A stretch of 61,684 nt of DNA, counting the filler. It is 5 parts of 5 records of this genome, joined end to end, with 100 filler letters (N's around TTAATTAATTAA, not from the genome) between each part and the next. Parts side by side here need not be neighbours in the genome. Positions count along the whole stretch, not along the records: positions 38,067 to 52,330 come from SRR20825010_6325; 4 more parts are not named here. One strand, given 5' to 3'. Of the stretch, positions 39,393-49,203 are shown one piece after another (position 1 is the stretch's first letter; each line of letters begins with the position of its first letter). A model generated the notes under the pieces. That model was not told the DNA's origin and searched no databases. It saw only the letters and a program-made list of their open reading frames with translations. Both the position numbers and the translations under genes were made by a program.

Positions 39393-39421
39393 AAAGGCCT
39401 CGATATTTCGAGGCCTTTTTT
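39393..39421. terminator. bidirectional intrinsic terminator
   Basis: AAAGGCCTCGA-TATT-TCGAGGCCTTTTTT. Confidence 0.85.
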
Positions 39422-39839
39422 AGTATTTAGGCGGCTTGCGCATGTCCTTTTTTTCGGAATGGTTCTTTTTACTTGTGAGCCGCTTTTGAATAGCTCCCTT
39501 AGAAGGCTTGGTTTTTCTACGGGGTTTCGGTTTGGTAAAGGCCTGCTCTATCGCCTTTCTAAACTTAGCAATTACTTCGTCTTTGTTCCGCAGTTGGGTT
39601 CTATGCGCTTCGGAGCTGATCAGAATATCACCCTCATTCGTCAATTGCTTTTCCCATTTCTTAAGCAAAAGTTCTTTTTCTTCTTCGGAAAAAATATAGG
39701 AGCTTTCAACATTGAAACGCAAGGTCACTCGGGTTTCAAGCTTGTTGACATTCTGACCTCCTGGCCCAGAGCTGCGCGAAGTCTGAAATTGAATTTCAGG
39801 CAAAAAGTCTCGGGAAGCTATGGTTTTTGGGTCTTTCAC
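39420..39839 (-). CDS. arfB: alternative ribosome rescue peptidyl-tRNA hydrolase ArfB
   Basis: RSSGPGGQNVNK (GGQ), RTQLRNK, basic tail PKPRRKTKPS. Confidence 0.93.
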   Translation of the reverse strand: MKDPKTIASRDFLPEIQFQTSRSSGPGGQNVNKLETRVTLRFNVESSYIFSEEEKELLLKKWEKQLTNEGDILISSEAHRTQLRNKDEVIAKFRKAIEQAFTKPKPRRKTKPSKGAIQKRLTSKKNHSEKKDMRKPPKY

Positions 39840-39851
39840 TTTTGGTTAAAA

Positions 39852-40616
39852 CTAATCCCTTTTAAACAGCAAGTTACTTTCGTCAGAACCAGCTTCATCA
39901 AAGTAATAACCTTCGTAATCAAAGCCTTTTAATAGCTCTACTTCGTTGACTCGGTTTTTGATAATGTATTGCGCCATCAAGCCCCTCGCCTTTTTCGCAA
40001 AGAAGGAAATGATTTTGTACTGTCCATTTTTAAAGTCTTTGAATTCGACATTGATGACTTTCGCTTTTAAAGCAGGCCTATCTATCGCTTTGAAATACTC
40101 TTGCGAAGCCAAATTGATGAGTACTTTATCGCCTTGCTTTTTCAAATCACGATTCACCTGACTGGCAATGGTGTCCGCCCAATAATTGTACAAAGTAGTA
40201 TAATCGTCAAAGGCCAGACGAGTACCCATTTCTAAGCGATAAGCTTGAATCAGGTCCAAAGGCCTAAGCAATCCATAAAGGCCAGAAAGGATACGCAAAT
40301 GCTCTTGTGCGTAAAGGATGTCTTCGTTTGAAAGTTCTTCTGCTTCAAGGCCAATGTAAACATCACCTTTAAAGGCATAAACCGCCTGTTTGGCCGCTTT
40401 AGAGTCTTTAGACTTCCTAAACTTGTTGTAACGATCAACATTCAATTCGGCCAAGTTCTCACTGATGTCCATCAATTCTTGAATCTCTTCAGGAGTTTTC
40501 TCTTTCAATACACCAATCAACTCTAGCGTTTCCTTCTGAAAACGAGGATATGACTTTTCGGCATTGCAAGGGGTTTCGAAATCGAGGGTTTTGGCAGGAG
40601 AAAGTACGAATAACAT
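39852..40616 (-). CDS. yaaA: peroxide stress protein YaaA
   Basis: LSPAKTLD, ILSGLYGLLRPLD, NLASQEY, AKKARGLMA. Confidence 0.95.
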   Translation of the reverse strand: MLFVLSPAKTLDFETPCNAEKSYPRFQKETLELIGVLKEKTPEEIQELMDISENLAELNVDRYNKFRKSKDSKAAKQAVYAFKGDVYIGLEAEELSNEDILYAQEHLRILSGLYGLLRPLDLIQAYRLEMGTRLAFDDYTTLYNYWADTIASQVNRDLKKQGDKVLINLASQEYFKAIDRPALKAKVINVEFKDFKNGQYKIISFFAKKARGLMAQYIIKNRVNEVELLKGFDYEGYYFDEAGSDESNLLFKRD

Positions 40617-40723
40617 AATTGATCTTAAGCTTTACACAAACATACTAGTTGAGGGCTAGACTTGTTTGGGAAAAGTATTGAAAGTTTAAATAGTAAATAG
40701 ACAGCACAAACCAACTGGAAAAG

Positions 40724-40746
40724 AAAAAAGCCCTTTCGGGCTTTTT
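40724..40746 (-). terminator. intrinsic terminator
   Basis: AAAAAGCCC-TTTC-GGGCTTTTT downstream of the rhodanese gene. Confidence 0.8.
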
Positions 40747-40754
40747 ATTATTCA

Positions 40755-41141
40755 TTATTCCTGCATTTTCTTACCAGCGTTTTGCCAAGCGACAATGCCG
40801 CCTTGGAGTTCATAGATTTCTTTAAACCCCATCTCCTTCATCATTTCAAAAGCTTGTAGACTGCGTGCTCCTGAATGGCAGTACACTGCCACAGGTTTAT
40901 TTTTGTTCAATCCTTCTAACTGAGTTTTAAAATTTTGAGCGTTAAAATTCATTAATGTAGAGTTAGCAATAGCCCCTAGCACATACTCATCCGGGGTTCG
41001 AACGTCAATCACCTGTAAAGAAACATCATCAGCCATCAATGCTTCAAACTCATTAACATCTACTTGCTTCGCTACATTTTCAGCACAACCTAAAGTGAGA
41101 AATGCAATTCCTAAAATCAATAATAAGGTTCTTTTCATCAT
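40755..41141 (-). CDS. rhodanese-like lipoprotein
   Basis: IDVRTPDEY, YCHSGARS, LQGGIVAW; lipobox TLG-C. Confidence 0.9.
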   Translation of the reverse strand: MMKRTLLLILGIAFLTLGCAENVAKQVDVNEFEALMADDVSLQVIDVRTPDEYVLGAIANSTLMNFNAQNFKTQLEGLNKNKPVAVYCHSGARSLQAFEMMKEMGFKEIYELQGGIVAWQNAGKKMQE

Positions 41142-41839
41142 GTCAGTAAATTCCCATCATCGTCCCAAGTAGCAATATCCGTTCTTTTGGTTTGATCAAC
41201 ACATTTGGCCAGCCATTCTTCTTCGTAAGCCATGCCTTGTTGTTTCAATACATCTTCAGGAATACCATCCCAAACACCAGGCATATTCCCTTTATAGCCC
41301 AAGTCCTTCACTCCCATTTCAGAAGTAAAGTAGCCAGTCATGGTCAAGTTTCTCATGGTAGTGAAGAACCGTTCTCCGTGCTTGAGGCCAGGAGCCGTTT
41401 TGCCCGGATAAGCAATGCTATCACAAATGGCTTTATGTTGCTCGTCATTCAGCTTTTTGAACTCCATACCATACAATTTGTTGGAATGGGAATCTAACCA
41501 AGCCAAACCACCACGGAGAGGCAATTGGTTATTTGGCATATCCTTCGCTATAAACTCAATAAACTCAGGCACACCTGCATCAGTTGCCGACCCAAACTCA
41601 GCATTCGCTGGAAGAATGATATCGCACAACACTGCAATCGTCTCTAATTCATGTTCGTTGAAAAAGGTTTCTGAAAGCACCTTGGCATCATGCTCCTTTT
41701 CAGCTTCATTTCTACCATAGCCTGGAAGTTGCGGCTTTTCTGGAGCTACTACTGTATTTTCAGGCGCACAGCCCGTCACGAGCAATCCACCAGCTACAGA
41801 ACCGACCAATAAAGATTTTAATGATTCGCGTCTATCCAT
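41138..41839 (-). CDS. gluconate 2-dehydrogenase subunit 3 family protein (Tat)
   Basis: Tat motif MDRRESLK; LCDIILP...SATDAGVPEFI; GYFTSEMG. Confidence 0.88.
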   Translation of the reverse strand: MDRRESLKSLLVGSVAGGLLVTGCAPENTVVAPEKPQLPGYGRNEAEKEHDAKVLSETFFNEHELETIAVLCDIILPANAEFGSATDAGVPEFIEFIAKDMPNNQLPLRGGLAWLDSHSNKLYGMEFKKLNDEQHKAICDSIAYPGKTAPGLKHGERFFTTMRNLTMTGYFTSEMGVKDLGYKGNMPGVWDGIPEDVLKQQGMAYEEEWLAKCVDQTKRTDIATWDDDGNLLT

Positions 41840-41842
41840 GAC

Positions 41843-43564
41843 TTAAATATTTCTTTGTTTTACTTGTTCAATTAAATAATCTGAGGCTCTCCAAGCCAGG
41901 GCCAAAATGGTCCAGGTTGGATTTTTATCCGCTTGCGATACAAATGGACCTGCATCCATAATAAACACATTCGCACAATCGTGAAGTTGGTTGTATTTGT
42001 TGGTCACCGACTCTTTCTTGTCGTTACCCATTCTGGTAGTTCCCACTTCGTGAATAATTTCACCCGGAGCAGTCAATCCAAAGTTTCTGTCTTTACCCGG
42101 CTTATCGCCTAGCAGAATACCGCCTGTTGCGTCTAAAATTTGCTCAAAAGTATCCTGCATGTGCTCTGCTTGATTGATTTCATGCTCTGTCCATTGGTAA
42201 TTGAACTTCAACACTGGAATTCCCCATTCATCGACTACATTATCATCGATTTCGCAATAATTACCGCGCTGCGGAATACTCTCGCCACGACCTGAGACAC
42301 CTAATACAGCGCCATAGTATTTCTTCACATCCGCACGAAGTGAATCGCCATAACCACCTACATCGGTTCCCATTACTTTATTCAAATTATTTGGATTGAA
42401 ACCGAAGCCATAACTCGGCATTCCCATTCCACCCCAAACTTCAATATGGTAACCCCTTGGGAATTTGAGCTTCTTGTCGTTTAGCCACCAAGGTGTATAA
42501 ACATGCATTCCTCCTACTCCATCTTCATTATAAACCTTACGGTCCATCAGTTTTGGCAGGAATACAGAACGACTAGCACCAGTAGAATCGTGTAGGTATT
42601 TACCCACCAAGCCACTGCTGTTTCCTAATCCATCTTGGTGAACACTACTTTTTGAATTCAATAGAATTCGGGCCGAAGAACAGGCTGAAGCCGCCATTAC
42701 CACAACCTTAGCCCTAAGGTGATATTCCTTTCTATCTAGCTTGTTAATATAGTTTACACCTGTTGCTTTTCCTTCTTTGTCGGTCGTCACTTCGCGCACC
42801 ATACAATTGGTCATCAGCTCAATTTTACCACCATTCTTTTGGGCTGGGAAAATCAAGCAAGTTCCAGAAGAGAAGTCAGCATAGGCTGAGCAGGCACGGT
42901 TACACTGCCCACAATAGAAACAACTTCCTCTTTGGTTATTGATTCTTTTCGTCAAAATAGAAAGCCTTGAAGGAATTACAGGAATCCCTGCTTTTCTAGC
43001 TCCATTAATATAGTATAGTTCGTGAAGTCTTGGTTTTGGTGGGGGTAAGAAGAAACCATCTGGTTCGTTGTGGATATTTTCTTTACTGCCGAACACCCCA
43101 ATAAGTTTATCCACCTTATCATAATAAGGCTTCACATCTTCATAACCAATCGGCCAGTTGTCCCCTAGGCCATCAACGCTTTTACGTTTAAAGTCTAAAG
43201 GCCCAAAACGAAGCGAAATTCTTCCCCAGTGGTTGGTTCTACCTCCCAACATTCTTGAGCGGAACCAAGCAAAACGAGTCCCAGGTGCTTCAGTATACGG
43301 TTCGCCTTCCAGGTTCCAACCACCATAAGCGGCATCATAATCTCCAAAAGACCTTCTATCAGAGCTAGCGCCACGCCTAGGGGATTCCCAAGGCCAGCGC
43401 AATTGTGTTCTGTATTCGTCTTGTGCGGGGTCAAAAAATGGACCTGCTTCGAGTACTGCTACATCGAAACCTGCCTCTGATAGTATTTTAGTTGCCATTC
43501 CCCCACCGGCTCCTGAGCCGACAATGACAACATCATAAACTTTTGAGGATTCTATAACTTGCAT
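41843..43564 (-). CDS. GMC family oxidoreductase (probable glycoside 3-dehydrogenase catalytic subunit)
   Basis: GSGAGG FAD motif, LGGRTNHW, CFYCGQC..AC, HEVGTTRMG, NPTWTILALA. Confidence 0.9.
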   Translation of the reverse strand: MQVIESSKVYDVVIVGSGAGGGMATKILSEAGFDVAVLEAGPFFDPAQDEYRTQLRWPWESPRRGASSDRRSFGDYDAAYGGWNLEGEPYTEAPGTRFAWFRSRMLGGRTNHWGRISLRFGPLDFKRKSVDGLGDNWPIGYEDVKPYYDKVDKLIGVFGSKENIHNEPDGFFLPPPKPRLHELYYINGARKAGIPVIPSRLSILTKRINNQRGSCFYCGQCNRACSAYADFSSGTCLIFPAQKNGGKIELMTNCMVREVTTDKEGKATGVNYINKLDRKEYHLRAKVVVMAASACSSARILLNSKSSVHQDGLGNSSGLVGKYLHDSTGASRSVFLPKLMDRKVYNEDGVGGMHVYTPWWLNDKKLKFPRGYHIEVWGGMGMPSYGFGFNPNNLNKVMGTDVGGYGDSLRADVKKYYGAVLGVSGRGESIPQRGNYCEIDDNVVDEWGIPVLKFNYQWTEHEINQAEHMQDTFEQILDATGGILLGDKPGKDRNFGLTAPGEIIHEVGTTRMGNDKKESVTNKYNQLHDCANVFIMDAGPFVSQADKNPTWTILALAWRASDYLIEQVKQRNI

Positions 43565-43868
43565 ATGGTACAGTTGATTTGAGCTTAAAATTTAAGGAAT
43601 TCAACTGTAACGAAGGCCTTTCACCAAATAAGTTTTTATAAAAAGTTAATTTTTCAATCAACAAACCGATTACATTCAATTTTTTTAGATAAATCGACTT
43701 ATTCCAAAGTAACTTCAAAACCCAAACATTATAAAGGTGTTTATCATAATCGCCAAGTTTAACACTTGTCATCCTCTTAAAAAATGGCAAACTACTTTCA
43801 AAGCTTCAATTAAATTTTTCGTTGTCGGTAAACTTTAATATTTTCGATAAACATTTTGTACTCACTTC

Positions 43869-44744
43869 ATGAAAAAACGACTCCTCGTTTGTCTAGCCTT
43901 TGGCTTATCTACCCTGGTAGCCTATGCTCAAGCACCACCTCCCGACACAGAAATCTATGTCTTTAATCTTAACGAAGTAAGGGGTAACGTAACCATAGAG
44001 AAAGGTAAGAATGTAACAGCGCGAAAAGGCTACGATAATCAACCTTACTTCTATGGGAAAGATCAAATGTTATATACGTCCTATGACAATGGCCAAACAG
44101 ACATCATAATGTTAGACCTTTCAAATAATAAAAAGACGAACCTTACCAACTCAAAGGAAAGTGAATACTCAGCAGCGATGATACCTGGCTCTCAGTTATT
44201 TGCAGCAGTAAGGGTTGAAGATGATGGTGCCCAAAGACTTTGGAAATTTCAGTTAAATCCAAAAGAATCTCCACAACTCGTTTTTGAAAACATCGCTCCT
44301 GTGGGCTATCATGTATGGAGCGGTTCAAAGGTAGCCATGTTTATTCTGGGTACACCTGTTACCTTATTGACAGCCAACACAAAAAAGCCTGATGAGAAAA
44401 AAATCACCGATAATATTGGAAGAACGCTTAAATTGATACCCGAAACCTCAGATTTTGCCTTTGAAAGGACAGAAGAGAACGGTGACAAAAACATTTACCG
44501 GCTTAACTCAAATACTTCAAAGTATGAGTTAACAGTTAAAAAGCCTGAAAACTCAAGTGATTGGACGATAACCAAAGAGGGTACCTATGTAACCAGTTCA
44601 GGATCAAAAATACTGACATTCAGCTCTAAGTATAATAATGAGTGGAAAGAGATTATGGACTTGAGTTCTATGGGACTCTCAGGAATCACTCGGATGGCTA
44701 TAAATGAAAACAACACAAAAATTGCGATAGTCATTAACCAATAG
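43869..44744 (+). CDS. secreted TolB-like beta-propeller protein
   Basis: Signal peptide; GYDNQPYF, NLTNSKESEYS, PVGYHVW. Confidence 0.7.
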   Translation: MKKRLLVCLAFGLSTLVAYAQAPPPDTEIYVFNLNEVRGNVTIEKGKNVTARKGYDNQPYFYGKDQMLYTSYDNGQTDIIMLDLSNNKKTNLTNSKESEYSAAMIPGSQLFAAVRVEDDGAQRLWKFQLNPKESPQLVFENIAPVGYHVWSGSKVAMFILGTPVTLLTANTKKPDEKKITDNIGRTLKLIPETSDFAFERTEENGDKNIYRLNSNTSKYELTVKKPENSSDWTITKEGTYVTSSGSKILTFSSKYNNEWKEIMDLSSMGLSGITRMAINENNTKIAIVINQ

Positions 44745-44854
44745 AAGATTATCTGTTTTTAAATCAATTTTTTTTTCAGAGATTCAAGCGATAAATTGTA
44801 TTATTGTCTTTTGTTGAAACCGCTCTAAAATATTTGCATACCAAATCATTAACT

Positions 44855-45910
44855 ATGTTCAAAACTTATACTTTCCCAAGTGTCTTTGAAGGGAATAATA
44901 CTGACCTCAAAAACGTGTCTCCCGACCTGATCAATGGATTGAAAATTTTTCATAATGGTGAAGGTTATGTAATCGGAAATCTTGCCCTAACCGAAGGGGT
45001 TTCTCCGCATAAAAATATTAACAGTGCACCGGACGAATTGGATTACCAACTTCTTCTAAAAGCCGCATTACTCATTGCCAATCAAAAATTAGGAAACCCT
45101 ATTACAATTACCACAGGATTCCCTTTCTCAACTTTTCAATTGAATAAAGAAAAAGCCACTCAGTTAATTGACGGCCAACATACCGTTGAGTATGACGCAG
45201 CAACTTTCGGTGGTGGAATCAAGAAAAACATTCAAGTTGAAGTAGCTGGTGCTCAAGTGATTCCAGAGGTGATAGGTTGTACCATTGCTTTACGAAAAGG
45301 CGAAACCAAAGCCCAAGGAAACTTCTTTATGATGAGTTTGGGATATGGAACTCTTGAAGGATTATTGAGCACCGAAGGTGGGATTGTACAAAGAACATCA
45401 CTTTCAACTTACGGTCTTCGTTACGCAGTAAACTTGTTGGAAAAAGAACTATCAAAGGAACATTACTTAGAGTTGAAAACAGAACATCAGATTGATGCTG
45501 CGTTCCAAAAAGGAGTGATTTTCTTGAATAGAAAAAGAATTGATATCAGAAGTATGCGTGATAGAGTGCTAAAGCAATATTATGAAGATGTAATATCGCC
45601 AGCCATGCGAAAAGCCTTCAATGACAATGACTTTACAGCAAGTCAGATCATGTATTTAGCTGGGGGTGGCGCAATATATACCGCCCTTGTTGATTGCTTT
45701 AAGGAAGAATTCCGTGATGTATTAGATCTAGAAATTGCACACGAGCCACAATCATTGGCAAGCCGTGGATATTGTATTAACTCTGCCCAACTCAACGGAG
45801 GTGTAAAAAGTACAGCCGTAGGTTTGGATATTGGAAATGCAACCACCGTAGTCTCAATTTTTGAGGACAACAATACTGTGACTGAAACTTCAATTCCTTC
45901 TGAATATTAA
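44855..45910 (+). CDS. ParM/StbA-family actin-like ATPase, apparently circularly permuted
   Basis: FPSV, YVIG, TGFP, IPEVIG (connect 1), SLGYGTLE (phosphate 2), YLAGGGA (adenosine), EPQSLASRGY (connect 2). A phosphate-1-like AVGLDIGNATT lies at the C-terminus. Confidence 0.85.
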   Translation: MFKTYTFPSVFEGNNTDLKNVSPDLINGLKIFHNGEGYVIGNLALTEGVSPHKNINSAPDELDYQLLLKAALLIANQKLGNPITITTGFPFSTFQLNKEKATQLIDGQHTVEYDAATFGGGIKKNIQVEVAGAQVIPEVIGCTIALRKGETKAQGNFFMMSLGYGTLEGLLSTEGGIVQRTSLSTYGLRYAVNLLEKELSKEHYLELKTEHQIDAAFQKGVIFLNRKRIDIRSMRDRVLKQYYEDVISPAMRKAFNDNDFTASQIMYLAGGGAIYTALVDCFKEEFRDVLDLEIAHEPQSLASRGYCINSAQLNGGVKSTAVGLDIGNATTVVSIFEDNNTVTETSIPSEY

Positions 45911-45922
45911 TTAAGAACTCTA

Positions 45923-46375
45923 ATGGCTGTTATTACTCCATCCACACATATTACTCAAATTAAACAAGGCTCAATTATTACGGGCAATCTAAAATCGAGT
46001 CAGAGCATACGTGTGGATGGGAATATCACAGGGGATTTACTTTCTGATGAAAAAATCATCATCGGAATAAATGGAGAGATTGGAGGAAACCTAAGAGGTA
46101 TCGATATTACTGTTGAAGGTTTTGTCAATGGTGATGTAATGTGCAAAGGCTTGCTTCACATTACAAAAGGAGCTAAGATCTATGGTAAAATATATGCCTT
46201 AGAAATATCCATTGAAAAGGGAGCTGAACTGAACGGCAAGGTGAATGTCGGTAAGGATATAGAGATTCCAGAGCTCAACACTTCATCCCCTTCTCGATCT
46301 AGTCAGGAAAAGCCCAGAAATTCAGCTAGCCCGCAAGAAGAGAAAAACGGTAAATACGGCTCAGTAGCTTGGTAA
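45923..46375 (+). CDS. bactofilin (polymer-forming cytoskeletal protein)
   Basis: I.QGSIITGNL...IRVDG.ITG.L...IIIG..G.I.G...ITVEG.VNGDV...IEKGAELNG beta-helix pattern. Confidence 0.92.
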   Translation: MAVITPSTHITQIKQGSIITGNLKSSQSIRVDGNITGDLLSDEKIIIGINGEIGGNLRGIDITVEGFVNGDVMCKGLLHITKGAKIYGKIYALEISIEKGAELNGKVNVGKDIEIPELNTSSPSRSSQEKPRNSASPQEEKNGKYGSVAW

Positions 46376-46396
46376 GTGACCAACTGGTAATCTTAA

Positions 46397-47545
46397 TTAA
46401 TCACATTCTTCCGTTCCATCTACCAACTCGAATTGGTAGAACTCTACTTCGCTGTCAAATGCTTTTATAAAGGGTACTGTAATCAGTTCTTTGAAGCCTG
46501 CAATTGCATCGGATTGAATGAGCACAATACAACAACCGCCAAAGCCTCCCCCCATCATTCTTGCGCCTTTAATATAAGCCAAGCCCTGAGTTTGCTCTAT
46601 AATGAAGTCCAGCTCAGGACAACTCACTTCGAACTTTTGGCTCAACCCCACATGTGATGCCCAAATCAGTTGGCCTAATCCCTCTAAATCATTATTATCT
46701 AAACAAACTTCTGCTAGATTCACACGCTCATTTTCTTCAATCACGAATTCAGCACGCGCTTTCAATTTCTCAGAAAGTCCAGCCACTTTGATCATTTCAT
46801 GTTTTGCGTCCCGTAAGCTTTTAACTATTGGGTATTTACCTTGAACCAACCTTACTACACTTTCGCAGGCTTCCCTCCTTTGGTTATAAGCTGTTTCAGC
46901 CAAAGCATGTTTTACTTTCGTGTCGACCAAAAGCAACGTAAAATCATTGAGGTATAGGGAATGAAAAGTCTTTTCTCTACTTCGGCAATCAAACTTAAAT
47001 ACTTGCCCTGCCTGACCAAATAGGCTGGCCGTTTGGTCCATATTTCCGCACATAACTTGCGCAAAACGATGTTCAGTTTCTTGGGCAATATCTACCAATT
47101 CGTTTCTAGTAAAACCCGCTTCAAACATTTCATTCAAAGCATAAGCAAAGCAACATGTAATGGCGGCAGAAGACGAAAGCCCGGCCCCAACGGGAATGTC
47201 ACTAGTAAAAACGCAGTCAATTCCTTTTAACGGAACTCCCCTTTCACCAAACATCACTAATGCACCAATAAAGTAATTCTCCCAACTGGACTGCCCTTTG
47301 GGTTGAAGTTGGTTTAAATTCGTATTAAGCATTTCACACAAGTCAATGGCACTTACATTCAGGCTATCAGTCTCATTAAAAGCAACTGCCATTCGCGCAT
47401 AGCGATTAATCGCTGCTGGCATTACAAAACCATTATTATAATCGGTATGATCTCCAATCAGGTTAATTCTACCTGGTGATTTAAAGCACCTAGGCACTCC
47501 AGAAAATCGAGCTAAAAACTCCTTTTTTAAAGTATTCAAACTCAT
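46397..47545 (-). CDS. galK: galactokinase
   Basis: PGRINLIGDHTDYN, PVGAGLSSSAA, CGNMDQ, GARMMGGGFGGC; ATGA overlap with the upstream gene. Confidence 0.93.
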   Translation of the reverse strand: MSLNTLKKEFLARFSGVPRCFKSPGRINLIGDHTDYNNGFVMPAAINRYARMAVAFNETDSLNVSAIDLCEMLNTNLNQLQPKGQSSWENYFIGALVMFGERGVPLKGIDCVFTSDIPVGAGLSSSAAITCCFAYALNEMFEAGFTRNELVDIAQETEHRFAQVMCGNMDQTASLFGQAGQVFKFDCRSREKTFHSLYLNDFTLLLVDTKVKHALAETAYNQRREACESVVRLVQGKYPIVKSLRDAKHEMIKVAGLSEKLKARAEFVIEENERVNLAEVCLDNNDLEGLGQLIWASHVGLSQKFEVSCPELDFIIEQTQGLAYIKGARMMGGGFGGCCIVLIQSDAIAGFKELITVPFIKAFDSEVEFYQFELVDGTEECD

Positions 47546-49203
47546 TGAAACAGAATATAAAGCACAGTAAGGATGATACACAAGGCGATAGCACCTGCAT
47601 TAAAGCCAAGTGAGGTATTGAAATCGAAGTCCTTCATGTTCATGGCTTTCTTAGAGTCCACTCCTTTGCCCTCAGCCAATGAAACCACAACCATTAAGCC
47701 CAGGCAAATCAGAAAAACATAGCCCATTCTGTCCATAAATGGTACTTCTGATAAAAACTGTTTGAACAAGATGGAGAATAGGAATGTACTCACACCACCC
47801 ACCAATGCCGCTTTTGGCGTAGTTTTCTTCCAAAAAATCCCTAGAATAAAAATGGCCACAATACCAGGCGTTACAAAACCAGTGTATTCCTGAATGTATT
47901 GAAAAGCTTGGTCTAACTTCCCTAACATAGGTGCTACGATGATCGCCAAAACGAAGGCCACTAATGCGGTTAATCTACCCACATTGACGAGTCTCGTTTC
48001 CGAAGCTTTAGTGTTCATCAATGGCTTGTATATATCCATGGTGAAAATAGTGGCCGTACTATTGGCCATAGAAGCCAAAGAAGAAACAATGGCTGCTGTC
48101 AAGGCTGCAAAGGCAATTCCTCTAAATCCAGAAGGCAAAAACTGTAAAAGTACAGGATAGGCCTTGTCACTCTTAACTGTCATGGTAGCAGCATCCGTCA
48201 TTGACTTGGTTACGCTGTTATCGGGTAAGCCAGCAAGTACATCATTGGTCACACTCATAGAGGCCAAATCGGCAGCTCCTTCCTTCATCAATAAGTAATA
48301 GGCCGCAATTCCCGGAAGCACCACAATAAGCGGCATTAATAACTTTAAATATCCCGCAAACATAACGCCTTTCTGGGCTTCCTTCAACGATTTTGCTGCC
48401 AATGCTCTTTGTGTAATGTACTGGTTCAAACCCCAGTAGCTGATATTTGCAATCCACATTCCACCAATAATTACACCCCAGCCGGGCAGGTCTTCATAAA
48501 AGGAATGATCTTTACTCAATATCGAATCAAAGTGATTGGGTACCGCATCCATTAGCGTTTGGAAGCCTGCAATAGGCCCACTCCCCTCACTTACCGCATC
48601 TAAGGCCAAATAAGTGGTAGCCAAACCACCTGCAATCAGAAAGATCACTTGAATCACATCCGTCCAAGCTACAGCAGTTAGACCTCCGTAAATAGAGTAG
48701 ATCATGGCGAAGAGTGCCAAGCCAATAATAGCATAAATCCGTTCAACGCCCATCACGGTTTCTATGGCCAAAGAGCCTAAATATAGCACTGAAGTAAGAT
48801 TGACAAAAACATATACGCCAATCCAAAAAATGGCCATGGTGGTTTTTACATTGCTATTGTACCGTTGTTCCAGAAACTGGGGCATGGTATAAATCTGCTT
48901 CTTGATAAAAATTGGAAGCAAGAATTTACCTACCAGAATCAGCGTAATGGCCGCCATCCATTCGTAGGATGAAATGGCAATCCCCAAAGCAAAACCAGAA
49001 CCCGACATGCCGATAAACTGCTCTGCGGAAATATTGGAAGCAATCAGTGAAGCTCCTATCGCCCACCATGTTAATGACTTACCCGCTAAAAAATAATCTT
49101 CAGAGGTTTTTTCCTTTTTCTTGTTTCTGAAAGACAAAAAGAGCCCAACACCTATAATAGTAAGGCAGTAGATAATAAAAACAGCATAGTCTAAGATTGA
49201 CAT
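47542..49203 (-). CDS. sodium/sugar (galactose/glucose) symporter, SSS family
   Basis: YFLAGKSLTWWAIGASLIASNISAEQFIGMSG; vSGLT-like. Confidence 0.93.
   Translation of the reverse strand: MSILDYAVFIIYCLTIIGVGLFLSFRNKKKEKTSEDYFLAGKSLTWWAIGASLIASNISAEQFIGMSGSGFALGIAISSYEWMAAITLILVGKFLLPIFIKKQIYTMPQFLEQRYNSNVKTTMAIFWIGVYVFVNLTSVLYLGSLAIETVMGVERIYAIIGLALFAMIYSIYGGLTAVAWTDVIQVIFLIAGGLATTYLALDAVSEGSGPIAGFQTLMDAVPNHFDSILSKDHSFYEDLPGWGVIIGGMWIANISYWGLNQYITQRALAAKSLKEAQKGVMFAGYLKLLMPLIVVLPGIAAYYLLMKEGAADLASMSVTNDVLAGLPDNSVTKSMTDAATMTVKSDKAYPVLLQFLPSGFRGIAFAALTAAIVSSLASMANSTATIFTMDIYKPLMNTKASETRLVNVGRLTALVAFVLAIIVAPMLGKLDQAFQYIQEYTGFVTPGIVAIFILGIFWKKTTPKAALVGGVSTFLFSILFKQFLSEVPFMDRMGYVFLICLGLMVVVSLAEGKGVDSKKAMNMKDFDFNTSLGFNAGAIALCIILTVLYILFQ

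Noticed and set aside
39390-39932. 180-aa plus-strand ORF
   Set aside because: Antisense to arfB and yaaA, which have clear motifs.
44804-44854. Upstream TTG extension of the actin-like gene as the missing phosphate-1 region
   Set aside because: It encodes SFVETALKYLHTKSLT, with no DxG motif; ATG 44855 is preferred.
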